A stretch of DNA of 58,061 nucleotides from a virus. Its lineage: Duplodnaviria > Caudoviricetes. Positions 19,362 through 27,313 of this stretch are shown here, piece after piece (within the stretch, counting starts at the first letter, position 1; every line of letters begins with the position of its first letter). Made by a program: the position numbers and the translations under genes. The notes beneath the pieces are model-generated. The model saw only the letters and a list, made by a program, of their open reading frames with translations, was not told the DNA's origin and ran no database searches. The stretch spans positions 1 through 58,061 of the IMG/VR virus record IMGVR_UViG_3300032232_000240; one strand, written 5' to 3'.

Positions 19362-20615
19362 TTACCTACTAATTTCTTCCCAATCCATCGACCCATAAAT
19401 AGGTTGACCAGAAGATCCTCCAGCCACTACCAAAGCAAGTTCATATGGAGTAGAAGTAAAATAATTTCTTTCTAGTTGAAATGAAAACAAAGCTTCTTTT
19501 AAAATATCTACAGATGATGTTGATTGATTACTACTGGAAAAATACCCACTAGCCAATACTCTACCAGAAGTAGTAAGTCCAGTACCAGTTATATTATATT
19601 CTACACTGCTATTAGCTCCAGCACTAACCCATGTACCACCAGTTGTGGCTGGGCTGCTTTGTACTTGCCAATTGTAATTATTATTACTGCCTCCACCCAT
19701 AATACTAATTGCTGTAAGAATAATAATAGCATCAAGCCTAGTTGATTTAAGACGTAAGCTTACAACAGGAAGAAAAGCATTACTAGCTAACGTACTTCTA
19801 GAAGTTGTTATAGGAGTACCAATAGCTTGTTGAAGTCCTCTAAGTTCGTAGCCACCTTCAGAAATAACAGTGGAACAAACTTGCTTTAATGTGCTGCTAC
19901 TTGCTGTAGTACCAATGTTGGTCATTTCATAACGAAGAGGCAACGAAGCAGTGGTAATGTATGTTGTAGTTGTAAGATTGGCATGGTGAAAACTATGCGC
20001 TGGAACAAATACTCCATCAATAACAAATCCCATTCTAACAGTGCCTAAACCCAGCCATTCAATATCAGCATATAAAATTTGAGCTTTAGACAGGTCTAAT
20101 GTAATTTTAGAAGGACCAGTACCATCAAGTTTGTCTTGATTCCAATCTGCTTGCGCTACTCTGGTATTTACAACAGAGCTAGTAACAATGCTTCTTTCTA
20201 CAAGATAGATGTTGCTACTTTCTCTTTCTAAATAAAAACCATTATCATTACCAAAATATCCCGCTCTTTGTCTTAGGTTTGTTTTAGCAGCCCCCATAAC
20301 AAATGTGTTCATATTGAGTAAACTTTTTCCGGGCTGATAAGCAAATACCCGAACAGTTTCTCTTATGATTTGATCACCACTAGCTGTACCAACAGAAAGA
20401 TTTACAAGCCCTTCATTTACTGAAAAAGAAGAACTAGCCGTTCCTGTAATACTTTCAACCCATAGTCCGTTATCTGCGTATCTATGGGATGAATCAAATA
20501 GAGTAAAAGCTTCTGAAATTCTAAGCCTTCCAAAAGCATCGCTGCTAGTGGAAGGGAGCTTTACATTTACAGCATTGGTGGCGCTACTGCCTAACTCAGG
20601 ATATACAGTAATCAT
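19362..20615 (-). CDS. Beta-sandwich virion-associated protein
   Basis: 417 aa; DAFGRLRIS, YQPGKS, WLGLGTVRMGF motifs recalled from phage structural proteins. Confidence 0.6.
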   Translation of the reverse strand: MITVYPELGSSATNAVNVKLPSTSSDAFGRLRISEAFTLFDSSHRYADNGLWVESITGTASSSFSVNEGLVNLSVGTASGDQIIRETVRVFAYQPGKSLLNMNTFVMGAAKTNLRQRAGYFGNDNGFYLERESSNIYLVERSIVTSSVVNTRVAQADWNQDKLDGTGPSKITLDLSKAQILYADIEWLGLGTVRMGFVIDGVFVPAHSFHHANLTTTTYITTASLPLRYEMTNIGTTASSSTLKQVCSTVISEGGYELRGLQQAIGTPITTSRSTLASNAFLPVVSLRLKSTRLDAIIILTAISIMGGGSNNNYNWQVQSSPATTGGTWVSAGANSSVEYNITGTGLTTSGRVLASGYFSSSNQSTSSVDILKEALFSFQLERNYFTSTPYELALVVAGGSSGQPIYGSMDWEEISR

Positions 20616-21263
20616 TTAGACAAACTTGTTAATAACACCTTTCATTGGCTTCTTCTTTACAGAACCGCCTTTAGCCATTCCAAGCCCCATTCTTTTTGCT
20701 TGCTGAGCATTAGCCATTGCAGCTTGTTGTGCAGCATTACCTGCTGTTTGTCTAATTTGAGCATTATTAGCCATTGCAGCTTGTTGTCGATTAGCCCGAT
20801 CTAAATTAGCTTGCATAGTTGCTTGTTTAGTTTGTTGTTGTCTAGCATTCATTGGCTGACCACCACCACCTTCATCAGCATAACCACCAAAAGCCATTTT
20901 CTTTTCTTTCTTTTCCATTTTTGGCGACTCTTTCTTCTCGTGCTTCATCATAGCAGCTTTTGAAGCATATTTCTCTTTGCCGCCATATTCGCTAATGGCT
21001 GCACCGCCTTTAGCCATTTTCTTAGCTGGAGAAAGACCAATCATAACAGCCATTGCTGGCTTTGCTGTCTTTTTCTTTACAGCGCCACCTTTAGCCATAT
21101 TCATACCTTCTTTCATTTTCATCTTCTCATAGCCAGAGCGTTCAATCTCATTCGCTCTGTCCAGATAAGTGTTTCTAACAGCTTGAGGAAGCGTTTTATC
21201 TTCAGCAGCTTTTCTAAGCTCAGCAACTTTCTGAGCATCAGTTTTCTTTTCGCCAACAGCCAT
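20616..21263 (-). CDS. Basic low-complexity protein with four MAxGG motifs
   Basis: MAKGG x3, MAFGG x1; AAGGAG RBS. Confidence 0.7.
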   Translation of the reverse strand: MAVGEKKTDAQKVAELRKAAEDKTLPQAVRNTYLDRANEIERSGYEKMKMKEGMNMAKGGAVKKKTAKPAMAVMIGLSPAKKMAKGGAAISEYGGKEKYASKAAMMKHEKKESPKMEKKEKKMAFGGYADEGGGGQPMNARQQQTKQATMQANLDRANRQQAAMANNAQIRQTAGNAAQQAAMANAQQAKRMGLGMAKGGSVKKKPMKGVINKFV

Positions 21264-21295
21264 CTCTATCTCCTTAAAGAATGCCTATAATAGGC

Positions 21296-21679
21296 TTATT
21301 TTTTAGCTTTTTGCGCTGGCTTTACTGAAGCACCGCAATTAGCATACACAACACCACCTTTTCTAAATCTCATTCGTCTAACTTCATCATCTTTAGCTAG
21401 TTTTTTATCTTCATCGCTAGGATTACTTTTCGTAGTGCCATAAACTTCTTTTCTTAATTCTTTAATTTTTACAGCATTGTTTTCAATTTCCTGTTCTCGC
21501 ATATTTTGAAGTTTGTCATATGCGCTTTCCATATCTTTTTTTTCTTTTCTAGAAGCAAATGGACCACTTCCCATTGCAGTAGAAGCCCCACCAATAGGAA
21601 GACTGCTTGCTTTTCTATATTCTTTTTTGAGCTTTTCTTGTTCTTGCTCTAGCTCATTAAGCCTTTCCCACTTTTCCAT
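21296..21679 (-). CDS. Charged hypothetical protein ending FRKGGVVYANCGAS
   Basis: AGGAG RBS; 127 aa. Confidence 0.7.
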   Translation of the reverse strand: MEKWERLNELEQEQEKLKKEYRKASSLPIGGASTAMGSGPFASRKEKKDMESAYDKLQNMREQEIENNAVKIKELRKEVYGTTKSNPSDEDKKLAKDDEVRRMRFRKGGVVYANCGASVKPAQKAKK

Positions 21680-21694
21680 AAAAACTCCTATAAA

Positions 21695-22000
21695 TTATTT
21701 ACCAAATGTTTTCTTCTGCGAAGCAGGAGGTTGTTTAACATCTCCACCCTTTTTCCAAAGCTGTTTGTCAGCCCAATATGCTGCTGACATCTTGCCTTTG
21801 TCTATATTTTTTTGATGCCTACTTTTAAAAGCTTCTCTAGCTTCTGGGCTGTAATTATGCCCCATTGAGGAATCGCCAAAGTGGATGAGTTTAACTTTTT
21901 CCCCTTCTTTGGCTAACACCATACCAACCTTTCCTTCGCGGTCAGATTTAATTGGCTTGTTATAACCCGGAAACGTCTTACCGTGGTAGTCGATTGGCAC
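21695..22000 (-). CDS. Small basic phage protein
   Basis: GYNKP, KLIHFGD, FKSRH, SAAYWA motifs; GTG start after a GGGGGG RBS. Confidence 0.7.
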   Translation of the reverse strand: MPIDYHGKTFPGYNKPIKSDREGKVGMVLAKEGEKVKLIHFGDSSMGHNYSPEAREAFKSRHQKNIDKGKMSAAYWADKQLWKKGGDVKQPPASQKKTFGK

Positions 22001-22031
22001 TTTTCCCCCCTTTTTCTATAACAAAAAAAAA

Positions 22032-22304
22032 CTATACATTCTTTCCTAAATAGACATGTCTTTGTTCTTTCCAGCCTTCCATTCGCATGGCTTCTTCTAT
22101 AACATCTAAAGGAAAGAAATAGCCACTCTTACTTTCCAGTGCAGCTCTAACAAAATAAACATCACTATGCGGTAGATGTATTTTTGTTTCTTTTCCTTCA
22201 TGCAATAGTTTATATGCTTCTGAAACAACAGAATATGGAAAAACAAAAGCTTCTCCTGTTTGTTCTACTTCTTTTCTTGTTCTGAATATTTTTTGTTGTT
22301 CCAT
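22032..22304 (-). CDS. Hypothetical protein, first gene of the late arm
   Basis: 90 aa ORF collinear with the late arm. Confidence 0.6.
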   Translation of the reverse strand: MEQQKIFRTRKEVEQTGEAFVFPYSVVSEAYKLLHEGKETKIHLPHSDVYFVRAALESKSGYFFPLDVIEEAMRMEGWKEQRHVYLGKNV

Positions 22305-22497
22305 TATAATGATCTATGTAAGTTGCTGTCAGCGTAACATCAGCATATAAAAATGTATAAAATAATTATTCAATTTTACAGAATGATATTGTCTACATCA
22401 ACTATGTAGATGTTATAGTAAAAAGAAAGGGCTGTGTATTAAAGACTTTCCAGAATGTCTCATTTATACAACAAAGATAATAGATATGTGTTTTTCA

Positions 22498-22516
22498 AAT
22501 AAGAATCGTTCTCATC
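22498..22516. promoter_or_regulatory. Fur-box-like operator
   Basis: AATAAGAATCGTTCTCATC, 16/19 to the 9-1-9 form AATGAGAATCATTCTCATT. Confidence 0.55.
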
Positions 22517-22521
22517 TTCAT

Positions 22522-22537
22522 TGTTTCATGTGAAACA
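22522..22537. promoter_or_regulatory. parS-like centromere site
   Basis: TGTTTCATGTGAAACA, 15/16 to the chromosomal parS consensus TGTTTCACGTGAAACA; intergenic. Confidence 0.7.
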
Positions 22538-22661
22538 TTTTGTTGTGTTGCCGACCATATACACACTAGCCAAAATGCAAAGTGGTTAACAGGTCAATTT
22601 TACCCTTCTGTGTGCTGTGCCATACACACTAACGCACCATCCCCCGGTGGCCCACGCAGGG

Positions 22662-22864
22662 TCGTACCAGACGCTATAACGACTCGTACCAGAATTAATA
22701 ACGACTGCTTATGCGCCCAATAACTATCATCGAGAAAAGTATTATTATTGGCGGCATAACGATTTTAGCGGTAATAACTATAATGCCGAAAATAACTATA
22801 ATGAAACTGATAACGACGCAATAGATTATTGTAATAAAATTGTCATAATAGGGAATATAACGAT
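22662..22864 (+). repeat. Phased array of ATAAC(G/T)A short repeats
   Basis: Copies at 22676, 22698, 22720, 22756, 22774, 22792, 22810, 22857; TCGTACCAGA at 22662 and 22684. Confidence 0.75.
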
Positions 22865-23112
22865 GTGATTACAAAGCCTAAAGGTGGTATATAAAATAGT
22901 CATTATAAAAAGCATAAGTAACTATCACGCAATTGCCTAGAAAACAATCTATAAAAAGCATATCCCCCATTGCATAGTGGTCAATAAAGATTCAATGAAG
23001 CCAAACCACCCAATAACATAAACCTTATGCCGATATCGCATAAAACTATCACGACAAAGCCATAAAGATTATTTAAAGCTTTTATGTAATAAAGATTTAA
23101 TGCATTAAAGAA

Positions 23113-23132
23113 TACTGTAAAGATATACAGTA
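23113..23132. promoter_or_regulatory. LexA SOS box (beta/gammaproteobacterial type)
   Basis: TACTGT-AAAGATAT-ACAGTA matches CTGT-N8-ACAG with TA flanks and an AT-rich spacer. Confidence 0.72.
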
Positions 23133-23140
23133 AAAACGAC

Positions 23141-23229
23141 AATCTACCGGCAACCGGCAAAATCTACCGGCAAAGTCAGCGACCGGCAAGCTTTGCCGCT
23201 ATCGTCACGGCATCGATTGCCGCTATCGT
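23141..23229. repeat. ACCGGCAA x4 followed by TTGCCGCTATCGT x2 (CGGCAA core inverted)
   Basis: Copies at 23146, 23153, 23166, 23182; inverted cores at 23193 and 23217. Confidence 0.75.
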
Positions 23230-23284
23230 TCTATAAAGTAACATCATTCCACAGTCGAATGCGGGATACAGCGCATTGTAGGGG

Positions 23285-23301
23285 TTGGCACGTTACCTGC
23301 T
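23285..23301 (+). promoter_or_regulatory. sigma54 (RpoN) -24/-12 promoter facing the early arm
   Basis: TTGGCACGTTACCTGCT vs consensus YTGGCACGNNNNTTGCW, exact GG-N10-GC spacing. Confidence 0.65.
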
Positions 23302-23312
23302 ATAGAGTACCT

Positions 23313-23571
23313 GCCCCTAGGGGCTTACCGCTTTGACCTAGTGACTAGTGATTACTAGATAGTGCGAGACTCGATAGAATTAGATTGCCGCATTAATAAT
23401 GCTAGCGTTTAATTCCGGTAGATTAATACCGTTAGGATTAATCGGAAAGTAAAAACATTTACTTTTCATTGTTGCGATGACATAGAGCGAGCTAATAGAC
23501 TGTTACGCTATGTCATTTTATCCAATGCATGTTATCAATTAGCATGCATTGGCGGTGTTTATAGGCTACCG
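23313..23571 (+). ncRNA. Candidate structured leader/ncRNA made of ~8 consecutive hairpins
   Basis: Inverted repeats at 23313-24, 23345-58, 23390-402, 23416-31, 23445-66, 23477-516, 23522-52, 23553-71. Confidence 0.4.
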
Positions 23572-23577
23572 TAAAAT
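23549..23577 (+). promoter_or_regulatory. Possible sigma70 promoter for the first early gene
   Basis: TTGGCG-N17-TAAAAT. Confidence 0.4.
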
Positions 23578-23602
23578 GCTTATAATAAAGTCGGGGAATT
23601 AC

Positions 23603-23764
23603 ATGTTCAATGAAATTGTTCTTCTTAAAGCTTTGGCTAAAACAATTGACAATCCTTCAATTGTTCGCAAAATTGATTTTCTTTACAATGAATATTGCGA
23701 TGTCGGCGATTTAAAACCGACAAGCAAATTAATTCTCGCAAACATCATCAAGCTTTTTCACTAA
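23603..23764 (+). CDS. Small early hypothetical protein
   Basis: ATG after GGGGA RBS; 53 aa. Confidence 0.55.
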   Translation: MFNEIVLLKALAKTIDNPSIVRKIDFLYNEYCDVGDLKPTSKLILANIIKLFH

Positions 23765-23778
23765 TCGGAAATTTTATT

Positions 23779-24537
23779 ATGCAAACTCAATTTAAAACCC
23801 TGCTCTCAATTGACTCAAACGCAAAAACAGTTAAAGGACAAGAGATTGGCTTTTTAACTGGCATTTTGTATATGGCTCCTGCTGATTTGAGTGGAAAGAA
23901 TGTATGTGCAATGGCGGCAATTGCTAAATGCAAAGCCCCTTGTTTGTTTAGTGCTGGTCGCGGTGCTATGTCAAATGTGCAAATTGCTCGCATGAAAAAG
24001 ACTGAATTGTTTTTTAGCGACCGCAATTATTTTATGCAATGCCTTGTCGTGGATATTTGCAAGCTTGTCAAAAAGGCTCGCAAAAAGGGTTTGATTCCGT
24101 TGGTGCGATTGAATGGTACTAGCGATATCAAATACGAAAACATCTCATTCACTGACGAATGTGGCACATATTACAATAACATCTTTGAAGCGTTTCCCGG
24201 TGTTCAATTCTACGATTACACCAAGCTTTGCAATCGTCGCAATATCCCTGCTAATTACGATTTGACTTTTAGCTATAGCGGAGTCGAAGAGTTTAGCCCA
24301 TATGTTGCAAAGGCCATTCAATCCGGAATGCGGATTGCCGTTGTATTCAAAACGCAAGCAAGCATACCCACTATGTTTATGGGTATGCAATGCGTTGATG
24401 GTGACAATACTGATGTTCGTCACTTGGACGATAAAGGCGTTGTAATTGCCCTTTATGCAAAGGGTAAAGCAAAGGCTGATACCAGTGGTTTTGTTGTAGA
24501 TATGGCAAAGGTTTTCCCGATTGCCATTGCCGCTTAA
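23779..24537 (+). CDS. Gp88-like protein (cysteine cluster, radical-SAM-like)
   Basis: Cx7Cx3C-LFSAGRG, VRLNGTSD, QFYDYTK, DGDNTDVR. Confidence 0.75.
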   Translation: MQTQFKTLLSIDSNAKTVKGQEIGFLTGILYMAPADLSGKNVCAMAAIAKCKAPCLFSAGRGAMSNVQIARMKKTELFFSDRNYFMQCLVVDICKLVKKARKKGLIPLVRLNGTSDIKYENISFTDECGTYYNNIFEAFPGVQFYDYTKLCNRRNIPANYDLTFSYSGVEEFSPYVAKAIQSGMRIAVVFKTQASIPTMFMGMQCVDGDNTDVRHLDDKGVVIALYAKGKAKADTSGFVVDMAKVFPIAIAA

Positions 24538-24588
24538 AGCTTCAATGAATGGGCCGTTAGCAATAACGGCTCATTAGTGGGCGCTTTA
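24535..24588 (+). promoter_or_regulatory. 54-nt stem-loop, RNase III-site-like, copy 1
   Basis: TAAAGC...GCTTTA long irregular helix; homologous to 25925-25978. Confidence 0.6.
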
Positions 24589-24614
24589 CTTTTTGTTTCT
24601 TTTCGGAGTTTATT

Positions 24615-25214
24615 ATGCAACAAGTCGAAATGTTGAAAAATGTTTTCCAAAAACTATCACAATCGGATCAAAACTTCGCGCAATCCCTGATTGACGGGTT
24701 TACTAAATACAATAGATTGTCTGACAAACAACTCTATTGGGTTGATGTACTAACCAAGCGAGCCAATGGTGCAAAGCCAATGGCATCTACCGAATTGGTT
24801 TCTGTTGTTGAAATTAAAAACTTGTTTGCTAAAGCCAGCAAGTCTTTAAAGCGTATGAAAATCAGACTTAAGACAACATTTAATCAAAATGTTGTTTTCA
24901 CAATTGCTGGCGAGCGTAGTAAGTATGCTGGTCAAGTAATGATTACTGACGGTGGGCCATTCGGAGATAATATCTATTTTGGCAAAATTGACATGGAAGG
25001 TAATTTGCTAAAGACTGGACGCTGTGATGACAATGTATTGGAATTGATCAAAGAGTTTGCCAATGATCCAGCCGAAACAGCCGGTAAATATGGGCGTTTA
25101 ACTGGCAATTGCTGTTTTTGCATGCGCGGATTGGATGATGAAAGAAGTGTTTCAGTAGGTTATGGGCCGGTATGCGCTAATCATTATGGTTTACCTTGGG
25201 GAGAAAAGCAATGA
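24615..25214 (+). CDS. DUF6011-like zinc-finger protein
   Basis: CCFCMRGLDDERSVSVGYGPVCA motif; GGAG RBS. Confidence 0.75.
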   Translation: MQQVEMLKNVFQKLSQSDQNFAQSLIDGFTKYNRLSDKQLYWVDVLTKRANGAKPMASTELVSVVEIKNLFAKASKSLKRMKIRLKTTFNQNVVFTIAGERSKYAGQVMITDGGPFGDNIYFGKIDMEGNLLKTGRCDDNVLELIKEFANDPAETAGKYGRLTGNCCFCMRGLDDERSVSVGYGPVCANHYGLPWGEKQ

Positions 25215-25411
25215 GTTTACGTTTAAAGTTTACATTTAAAAGCGACGATGAATCCCTTGTAGCTAAAATCTATAGGGACAACGAATGGGATGAATGGCGA
25301 GTTAAATTCTATCTCGATGGAATTCATCAAACCCTTTGCGATCATCATACAGATTGCGTTGATGATGCAAAAAACACCGCATTAATTATTCTTGAAAGGG
25401 GCATGGTATGA
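25211..25411 (+). CDS. Early hypothetical protein
   Basis: ATGA-coupled; KIYRDNEWDEWRVKF. Confidence 0.6.
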   Translation: MSLRLKFTFKSDDESLVAKIYRDNEWDEWRVKFYLDGIHQTLCDHHTDCVDDAKNTALIILERGMV

Positions 25412-25701
25412 AGCTTTATATCTACACACAATACGCTGAGAATTACGGATATCGTTGGAAATTCAAAGGTGGTAATGATTATTTCATTCCATGCGGGGAA
25501 AGCATTACACCCGCTAGGGCCTATGCAATGGTTCAATTGGCGAAAGCCAAAATTGAATATAAAAACGATGAAGCTGAAGAGACAATTATTGGATTTGAAA
25601 TTGTCGAGGATGACTTTGTAACGGATTTTGTCCAGAGTCAATTAGATCATGACGGCAAAATTGATTTCCCGACAAAAACTATCACAATTAGCTTGTTTTA
25701 A
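25408..25701 (+). CDS. Early hypothetical protein
   Basis: ATGA-coupled; TQYAENYG...WKFKGG motif. Confidence 0.65.
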   Translation: MKLYIYTQYAENYGYRWKFKGGNDYFIPCGESITPARAYAMVQLAKAKIEYKNDEAEETIIGFEIVEDDFVTDFVQSQLDHDGKIDFPTKTITISLF

Positions 25702-25717
25702 TTTAAGGAGTCTTTAA

Positions 25718-25927
25718 ATGAATGAATTTGAATTGTTGGTTAAGGCCATTGTCAAACGTCAAATGGCAAGAGATGGCGCTACTCATTTAGACGCGCAAGC
25801 TTTTGCTGTTGGTTATCTATCGGCTTTTGTTAGTGATAACCTAATTGAACGGGCAAAACCCGCTGAACGAAAGCGTATGCAAAAGGAAATACTCGACCGA
25901 TTGGATACTGTTATATCTAGTCGATAA
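25718..25927 (+). CDS. Early hypothetical protein
   Basis: AAGGAG RBS; 69 aa. Confidence 0.65.
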   Translation: MNEFELLVKAIVKRQMARDGATHLDAQAFAVGYLSAFVSDNLIERAKPAERKRMQKEILDRLDTVISSR

Positions 25928-25978
25928 AGCCTCAATGAATGGGAAAGTGTAAAAGCTTTCCCATTGGTGGATGCTTTG
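25925..25978 (+). promoter_or_regulatory. 54-nt stem-loop, RNase III-site-like, copy 2
   Basis: Same length and lower stem as copy 1, with a different but still paired upper stem. Confidence 0.6.
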
Positions 25979-26002
25979 TTTAACCTTGCCGGAGATTTTA
26001 TT

Positions 26003-26512
26003 ATGGCACAATCAGATCGCACCATTTACGCTCGCATTAAAGCTTCGCCACAAGTATTGTATGCGTACAATACAAATTACAAAGAGCGTGTCCTTTATCG
26101 CGGCATTCTTTTCAATGCAATGCTTCGCGAATTCCATACACTATTGAACTTCGACAAAGACGTTACAATCAGGCTTTGTAAAATTAAAAGTCGAAGCGTT
26201 AGCGGTCGCTATTTTTCCAAAACTAAAGTGGTGGAATTGGAATATACAAATTGCATGGCAGAAATGACTGAATGGCTTGCCCATGAACTTGTGCATGCAG
26301 AGCAATACCACACTAAAAAGCTTGAAGCTGTTTGGGTTGCTGGTAAAGGCTGGAAACAGACTTGGAATGGCAAAGTTTGCAATAACAAAGGCACAACATA
26401 TACTGCCTATCGCAATCAGCCGTGGGAGCAAGAAGCATTTTCCCGTCAAAAGAAATTAGCAGACACTGTGTTTAATCGTTTGGTTAAACAGGGATATAAA
26501 CTGGAGGCATAA
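26003..26512 (+). CDS. Zincin-like metallopeptidase
   Basis: AHELVHAEQY (HExxH) and YRNQPWEQEA; GGAG RBS. Confidence 0.75.
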   Translation: MAQSDRTIYARIKASPQVLYAYNTNYKERVLYRGILFNAMLREFHTLLNFDKDVTIRLCKIKSRSVSGRYFSKTKVVELEYTNCMAEMTEWLAHELVHAEQYHTKKLEAVWVAGKGWKQTWNGKVCNNKGTTYTAYRNQPWEQEAFSRQKKLADTVFNRLVKQGYKLEA

Positions 26513-26533
26513 AATTAAGAGAAAACATAAATT

Positions 26534-26569
26534 GACAAAGCCCGATGCCAGAGCGCATTGGGTTTTGTT
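26534..26569 (+). terminator. Hairpin, possible terminator
   Basis: ACAAAGCCCGATGC...GCATTGGGTTTTGT followed by TTC. Confidence 0.4.
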
Positions 26570-26637
26570 TCATAAGGCTTCGCCGTTCAAGCCTAAAAAG
26601 ACTGGCAAAAAGGATGTCTTTAAATTTAAGGGGAAAG

Positions 26638-26823
26638 ATGATGATGCAGATAGAAGTTAAAATCAAAAACGTGTATGGCAATGAACGCATTTATCCAGTG
26701 TGTACAAACGCTAAACTGTTTTGCAATTTGACCAAAACAGAGACAATAACTTTCCAGTCATTGGATGTTATCAAAGCATTGGGTTATAAGATTGTTGTAG
26801 TTCAGGAGCAATGGCAGCTATGA
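26638..26823 (+). CDS. Small early phage protein
   Basis: KNVYGNERIYPVC...IKALGY; AGGGG RBS. Confidence 0.65.
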   Translation: MMMQIEVKIKNVYGNERIYPVCTNAKLFCNLTKTETITFQSLDVIKALGYKIVVVQEQWQL

Positions 26824-26929
26824 AAAAAATTGTATTAGAAGAAGTATTGACGGGCATTATGTTTTTTCTCACGTTGATAATGGCAATTGTCAACATGTTT
26901 TTAATCATGAACATATTGGATAAATAAAA

Positions 26930-27118
26930 ATGTACGCATCATTTCAAATGAAGTTTTTGGCTGCGGCGCAAGCTTACATTGAAGAGCATGGCGATATCAA
27001 TTGGTTCAATGAACAATACACATTGAGTCGGGAATACAACGGCATTAATGATAGCATTGAGGAAGCAATGCGGCGACAAAACCTTTGGTATGCATTTAAT
27101 AATGAGGTGGAAGTATGA
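26930..27118 (+). CDS. Hypothetical protein
   Basis: 62 aa ORF coupled to the next gene. Confidence 0.5.
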   Translation: MYASFQMKFLAAAQAYIEEHGDINWFNEQYTLSREYNGINDSIEEAMRRQNLWYAFNNEVEV

Positions 27119-27312
27119 AATACATTTCAGCATTGGAATACGCCAACAAAGAATTGGAAGAAAAACAAAAAAACTATCATCAAAGACTAGAGGAATTAAA
27201 AACTCATCTTTATTCCGACAAGTTTAAAAACGATGACAACAGCGACCGCAAAGACTGGATTGCTGTTGCTGATGTATTGCGGTGGATTGATTACATCAAA
27301 TGGGGGAATTAA
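27115..27312 (+). CDS. Hypothetical protein
   Basis: GAGGTGG RBS, ATGA overlap. Confidence 0.6.
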   Translation: MKYISALEYANKELEEKQKNYHQRLEELKTHLYSDKFKNDDNSDRKDWIAVADVLRWIDYIKWGN

Positions 27313-27313
27313 A

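Noticed and set aside
22345-22375. ArgR- or IHF-like AT-rich sites
   Set aside because: Only partial matches in very AT-rich DNA; indistinguishable from chance
23011-23043. dif-like XerC/XerD site (TAACATAA...TTATGC)
   Set aside because: Arms are separated by 3 bp rather than the required 6 bp
22662-23229. CRISPR array
   Set aside because: Repeats are only 7-13 bp with short irregular spacers, and there are no cas genes
26532-26560. sigma70 promoter at TTGACA
   Set aside because: No acceptable -10 hexamer at 16-18 bp; the sequence is part of a hairpin
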